A stretch of DNA of 64,000 bases from an uncultured Poribacteria bacterium (GTDB lineage Bacteria > Poribacteria > WGA-4E > WGA-3G): contig OX638351.1 in assembly GCA_951813565.1 (NCBI GenBank), positions 3,008,001 through 3,072,000 on the forward strand. The letters are read 5' to 3'. The position numbers and the translations under genes are program-made. Positions 63,169 through 64,000 of this stretch are shown piece after piece. Below the pieces are notes generated by a model. It ran no database searches. It was not told the origin of the DNA and was given only the letters and a program-made list of their open reading frames with translations. How positions within the stretch are numbered: position 1 is the first letter of the stretch; each line of letters starts with the position of its first letter.

Positions 63169-63366
63169 CCGTATCTCCGCCTCCTTTTCAGAATACCCAT
63201 TTTAATTATACCACAATTACTGATGGATAGCAAGTTGAATAAAATTATTAAAAGGATTAAATTTGTTATGAAAAAAAGGCGGAAACTATGCTATACTATA
63301 ATGCAGAAAATAAAATAACTTCAAAATAGAAATAAAATGTAATTTTTTCGTATACGTAGGAAACCC

Positions 63367-64000
63367 GTGAGTACAAAAAAGAAAAACTTAAGACCGAAAC
63401 CCGGTATTGAAACCATCAAGGCATATCAGGGTGGTAAACCGATTGAAGAGGTCAAACGTGAACTTGGCATCTCTGATATTATCAAGTTGGCATCAAATGA
63501 AAATCCACTCGGTCCTTCACCGTTAGCGATGCAAGCAATTCAAGACAGTGCCAAGCAGGCGCATTTTTATCCTGATGGAAATGCATACTATCTCAAAGCA
63601 GATTTAGCCAAACATCTTGGTGTTACTGAAGAACACCTGATTTTAACAAACGGTTCAAACGAGGTGCTGCAACTCGTCGGTGAAACCTATCTCGGTCCTG
63701 GTGATGAAGTAATCTATGCAGAAGGTGCATTTGTTGTCTATAAACTTGTTACTACAGTCTGTGGGGCAACCTCAGTTGTTGTGCCGATGCAGAACAATAC
63801 ACACCATCTGCCATCAATAGCAGCGGCAATCACTGATAAAACAAAAGCCATTTTCATCGCAAATCCGAATAATCCAACGGGGACAATGGTTACGGCTGCA
63901 GAAACAGCACAATTTATGGCGCAAGTGCCAGAAAATGTATTAGTTATCTTTGACGAAGCGTATTATGAATATGTCACACATCCCGACTATCCACAGACAT
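63367..64000 (+). CDS. hisC: Histidinol-phosphate aminotransferase, 3'-truncated by window edge
   Basis: YQGGKPIEE…IKLASNENPLGPSP, YPD, NGSNE, ANPNNPTG, FDEAYYEY. Confidence 0.88.
   Translation, partial: MSTKKKNLRPKPGIETIKAYQGGKPIEEVKRELGISDIIKLASNENPLGPSPLAMQAIQDSAKQAHFYPDGNAYYLKADLAKHLGVTEEHLILTNGSNEVLQLVGETYLGPGDEVIYAEGAFVVYKLVTTVCGATSVVVPMQNNTHHLPSIAAAITDKTKAIFIANPNNPTGTMVTAAETAQFMAQVPENVLVIFDEAYYEYVTHPDYPQT

Overview
Bacterial chromosomal window that looks like Candidatus Poribacteria. This is an inference from the LRR+dockerin proteins, WD40 protein, PhyH dioxygenase, several Gfo/Idh/MocA oxidoreductases and dense REP/MITE load. Housekeeping and metabolic genes include glpK, an NtrB/C-type two-component pair, iscS, infA, rsgA, copA, bioA and a partial hisC. 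They are mixed with two IS elements (IS982- and IS701-family), at least four MITE families with visible target-site duplications, many GTAG-type REP palindromes, and four paralogous secreted LRR-glycoside-hydrolase-like-dockerin genes, three of them broken. The main leads are: (1) a ribosome-related cluster (infA-rsgA-GNAT-sigma70 region-4 protein) with a thrice-repeated upstream motif, two copies of which precede unannotated RR(W)C leader peptides overlapping RNA hairpins; (2) a ~34-bp hairpin micro-element that inserts without TSD into other palindromic repeats; (3) mosaic exchange among the LRR paralogs; (4) an STT3-like oligosaccharyltransferase with a TWDLG motif near a sequon-bearing secreted protein; (5) a ferredoxin-TM-Hsp20-like fusion. 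No CRISPR, rRNA, tRNA or reverse transcriptase was recognised. All calls are by eye; no database searches were run.
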